A stretch of 64,000 nucleotides of DNA from Hormiphora californensis (lineage: Eukaryota > Animalia > Ctenophora). The translations under genes and the position numbers were made by a program. Below the pieces are notes generated by a model. That model searched no databases and had not been told where the DNA came from. It worked only from the letters and a program-made list of their open reading frames with translations. Below, in pieces: positions 61,137 to 64,000 of the stretch; positions within the stretch are counted from its first letter, which is position 1; the number at the start of each line of letters is the position of its first letter. The stretch covers positions 5,146,001-5,210,000 of the forward strand of contig CM035361.1 in assembly GCA_020137815.1 (NCBI GenBank). The letters run 5' to 3'.

Positions 61137-61850
61137 TGATTTGTGAACTTTTTAACTAAATTATGCTCCTTTCCCGGAGGGTACACGGCTAGTAACCTAA
61201 CGGCCTTTGTCGATGTAAGATGCAGTAACTCAAGACTTCTAATTTCTAATCTAGTTCACAGCATTTCCACTAAGGGCTGGCTGATCACCCGGTATCTCTG
61301 ATCTCTCCCTGTATTTCTGAGGTAAGATGTGCTAGTCCTATGTGCGCTATGTTGCAGCCACAAACAGCGTGCGATGACTGACCTGAATGTGGTAAAACGA
61401 TTTATTTATATTTTATACCTCCATATATAAATAAATTTTTTAACGACTTTACTTTTATAAATGATTTATAGGCATCAATATTCTTAATTTGATTCTTTAT
61501 TATAAGATACCAGGGCCAATATTACTGATGAAACCTATCCCAACCCGATTCAAGCGGAAACTGGAGAATTTGGGTACCAGTTGCTGGTATCCGGCTGAAC
61601 TGTACCTAAACTATGAAACACGATGTCCCAAAAGTTTGCGAGGTCACACTTTACAGAACACATTTACGTAGGGCGCGGGATCACGCCCAGCGGGGTGGGA
61701 GCGCAGCGCCGCACTGAGATGCGCGCGCACAGAAATCTGGGAGATCGTGGCAAGTGTTGAACGGTGTTCCTGTTTCCGAGTCTAGAAAATCAAAAATGGA
61801 ACTCTTCCTCACTCCTCCCTGTCTTATAACCCCAATAATTATTGTTTAGG

Positions 61851-61972
61851 ATGACTAGCGGTGTTGTTGTTGAAGTATGTCAGAGGCCCGATAGCTTGGA
61901 AAAGGGAGAAAAGGTGAAGGAATTTGTCATTCAACTTCTTCAAGACAGAATACAAGAGGTAAGGATAACTTA

Positions 61973-62039
<67 letters not shown>

Positions 62040-63932
62040 TATCTATCTTCAGTTTGTTGGTAGAGGGTGTGTATCTGGAAAGGATCTCGGGGACCCTTAC
62101 CTACGGCAACATGTCCTCACCCTAGATGTACAGGGAGAGGGTACAGAGGGGAGTGTTTATGTTTATCAGCTGTATCATGAAGGTAAAAATAATCCAAGAA
62201 GAAATATAAAGTTGGACAAATACAATGGAAATGAACCACTCAATAAACACAAAACACACTTGTCCGGCCCCATGCGAAGAGATACAAGTACCTCCACAAG
62301 CTTGTAGGGCACACAGTGAGAATGTGACTATGAGTGGGTAGTGTGGGTGAATGAGGTGGAATGTGAGGGTGAGAATGATGGAATGTGGCGATATCACACA
62401 CATTCTATGACCCCTCTCCGTATCACATATTGTTTAGTTGGATTGTCTGCTATCAACTTCTTAAAAATCTCAACTGTTCTCTTTCTCTCCACTCTCTCCT
62501 CAAACGTTCTATCTGGGGAAAGATAAATATCAGAAAAGTTCTCGGTCTCTCTCAACTCTCTAGCCTTCCTCAATAGAGTCACAACATTCTCTCTCGATGA
62601 CAGTGTCGCCACAATTGGTCTCGCCTTGTCACTACTCTTCACGCCAATTCTCTTCACATCAGACAGCTTGAACTTCTCGTTTAGAGCCCCGACGATTTCC
62701 TCAACACACTCTTGATCCACCTTCGCAGTTTCGGGTGTATCCTGTTCGCCATCCTCTTCATCAACGTTGTAGAAAATGATGTTTCTGCTCCTGTCAGTTT
62801 CCTCTTCCTTCTTCGGTGGTGCTGATGCTCGCTTGATCACTGCCTGCAATCTTGATGGTGCCACTGCCGCTGCACAGTTACTTGACACTACAGAGGAAAA
62901 AGACTTCATTTCTCTCTCAACTGTTTGGGCCACTGCTTTGGCTGCACTCAGCTCCTCGTCTTGCAACTTGATCACTTTCTTTTGCAACTGGATCACATCT
63001 TTCTGGTACGTTTGCAGCTCCTTCTCTAGCTCAGTAATCTTCACTAGCTTCTCATCATTAGTCATCTTCACCCGTTGGTTGAACGTGTCCATAACAGGGA
63101 GACACTTGTAGAACAGAAGGTTAGACAACTCCTTAATAAACTCAAGCAACCTCTTTTTGTTCTGTTTCTCCATGCGAGCATCTCCACCAGTACCAAAAAT
63201 GTGCTCATTTCTCTCAGCCTTGTATATAACATCATTATAGGACAAAGAGTAGCCTCCAACAGTCACTGAGAATTGGCTGGCAAGTGTAGAAATCTCTTGG
63301 GCAATGAGTTGGGTTGGATCAGAACCTTCGCTTTCATTATCACTCTCCATAACGGTTCAATCACAAAGAATGGATAGCTACACAGACGTGCAACGAAACA
63401 ACGGTGATAGGAAGTAGAAGTGAAGAGAGATCTCTCGATAACATTGAACTGAGATTTCTGTGGCGCTGCCAGACAGTTCCATCGTGGAAAGATTTAAGAA
63501 ATCCCTTTTACATATCCTTAAATCAACTTTATGACATTTATGATGTTTATATTCCCCCCTGTTTTCAGAAGTCGGGAATGAGGAGATTGAACAGAATGGA
63601 GAAACGATCAGTACGGCACAACACTGGCTTCTTCCATCGCACGACTTTGTTGGGCTCTGGGATAGCTTGGTTTATGATCAGGTACAGGGTAATATAACTT
63701 TTTGCCTCTGCTTTTCTTGAGAAGAGGTGCCCGGAACAAAGATAGATAAAAATTCCAACCTTTTAATCACGGCACCCACTCTTCCTCGTTTCTAAATAGA
63801 GAGATTCCCTTATTTTCCTAATAATCACATTCTCCCTTGAAGGAGATCAAGGAGGATCTACTACGGTATGCTCAGACGACCCTCGCATTCTCAGACGCTG
63901 GGATTGATAGTAATATTATTAGTTGGAATAAG
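61851..63932 (+). CDS. TRIP13: Pachytene checkpoint protein 2 / TRIP13 AAA+ ATPase, first four coding exons (continues beyond the window)
   Basis: Exons 61851-61958 (VVVEVCQR), 62053-62182 (DPYL..VYQL), 63569-63681 (HWLLPSHDFVGLWDSLVYD) and 63843-63932 (LLRYAQTTLAFSD.GIDSNIISWN), all in phase. Confidence 0.92.
62394..63350 (-). CDS. CR1/L2-type LINE ORF1p-like protein (coiled coil + RRM-like), no ORF2; in TRIP13 intron 2
   Basis: Coiled coil followed by RSRNIIFYNV.E, RIG...RPIVA and L..A..L...IYLSPDRT.EER motifs. Confidence 0.8.
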   Translation of the reverse strand: MESDNESEGSDPTQLIAQEISTLASQFSVTVGGYSLSYNDVIYKAERNEHIFGTGGDARMEKQNKKRLLEFIKELSNLLFYKCLPVMDTFNQRVKMTNDEKLVKITELEKELQTYQKDVIQLQKKVIKLQDEELSAAKAVAQTVEREMKSFSSVVSSNCAAAVAPSRLQAVIKRASAPPKKEEETDRSRNIIFYNVDEEDGEQDTPETAKVDQECVEEIVGALNEKFKLSDVKRIGVKSSDKARPIVATLSSRENVVTLLRKARELRETENFSDIYLSPDRTFEERVERKRTVEIFKKLIADNPTKQYVIRRGVIECV

Positions 63933-64000
63933 GTAAGATGCAAACAAAGTTGAGCGATCAAAAAAATTTCGATTCGATCTCGATTCGATCTTTGAGGGTT

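Overview
This is eukaryotic, intron-containing, transposon-dense genomic DNA, most likely from a pleurobrachiid ctenophore (Pleurobrachia/Hormiphora-like). That call is an inference from a recalled ctenophore spliced-leader (SL) sequence at 14020-14062, a recurrent hAT-type MITE and a ctenophore-type secreted domain. Host genes: an LDLa-repeat GRL101/LGR-like GPCR (-), a secreted sushi-domain gene probably ending in a twin-CX9C exon (+), an acidic ORF of unknown function (-), an ~18-exon KCNH/EAG-family K+ channel (+) with a nested antisense TSP1-like gene, an AP1AR/gadkin-like gene (-), a C2H2-ZF remnant and the 5' part of TRIP13/PCH2 (+). Mobile DNA: two intact RTE-clade LINEs, L2/CR1 fragments, an intact GalEa-type copia with apparently identical LTRs, an ORF1-only LINE, CRE-clade 3' ends and many nested MITEs and foldback elements with clear target-site duplications (TSDs). 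The strongest candidate for an undescribed system is a Penelope-like pseudo-LTR insertion (13886-16346, 13-bp TSD). Its retrotranscribed RNA carries the SL exon fused 1 nt upstream of a hammerhead core, and it is folded back into a near-perfect palindrome centred on the self-complementary SL 5' end. Other notable items are a circularly permuted ~495-bp element, two synonymously diverged CRE ends fused head-to-head, orientation-biased MITE insertions just downstream of splice donors, and repeated duplication of splice sites in the KCNH gene. All exon structures and coordinates were read by eye and may be off by a few bases.
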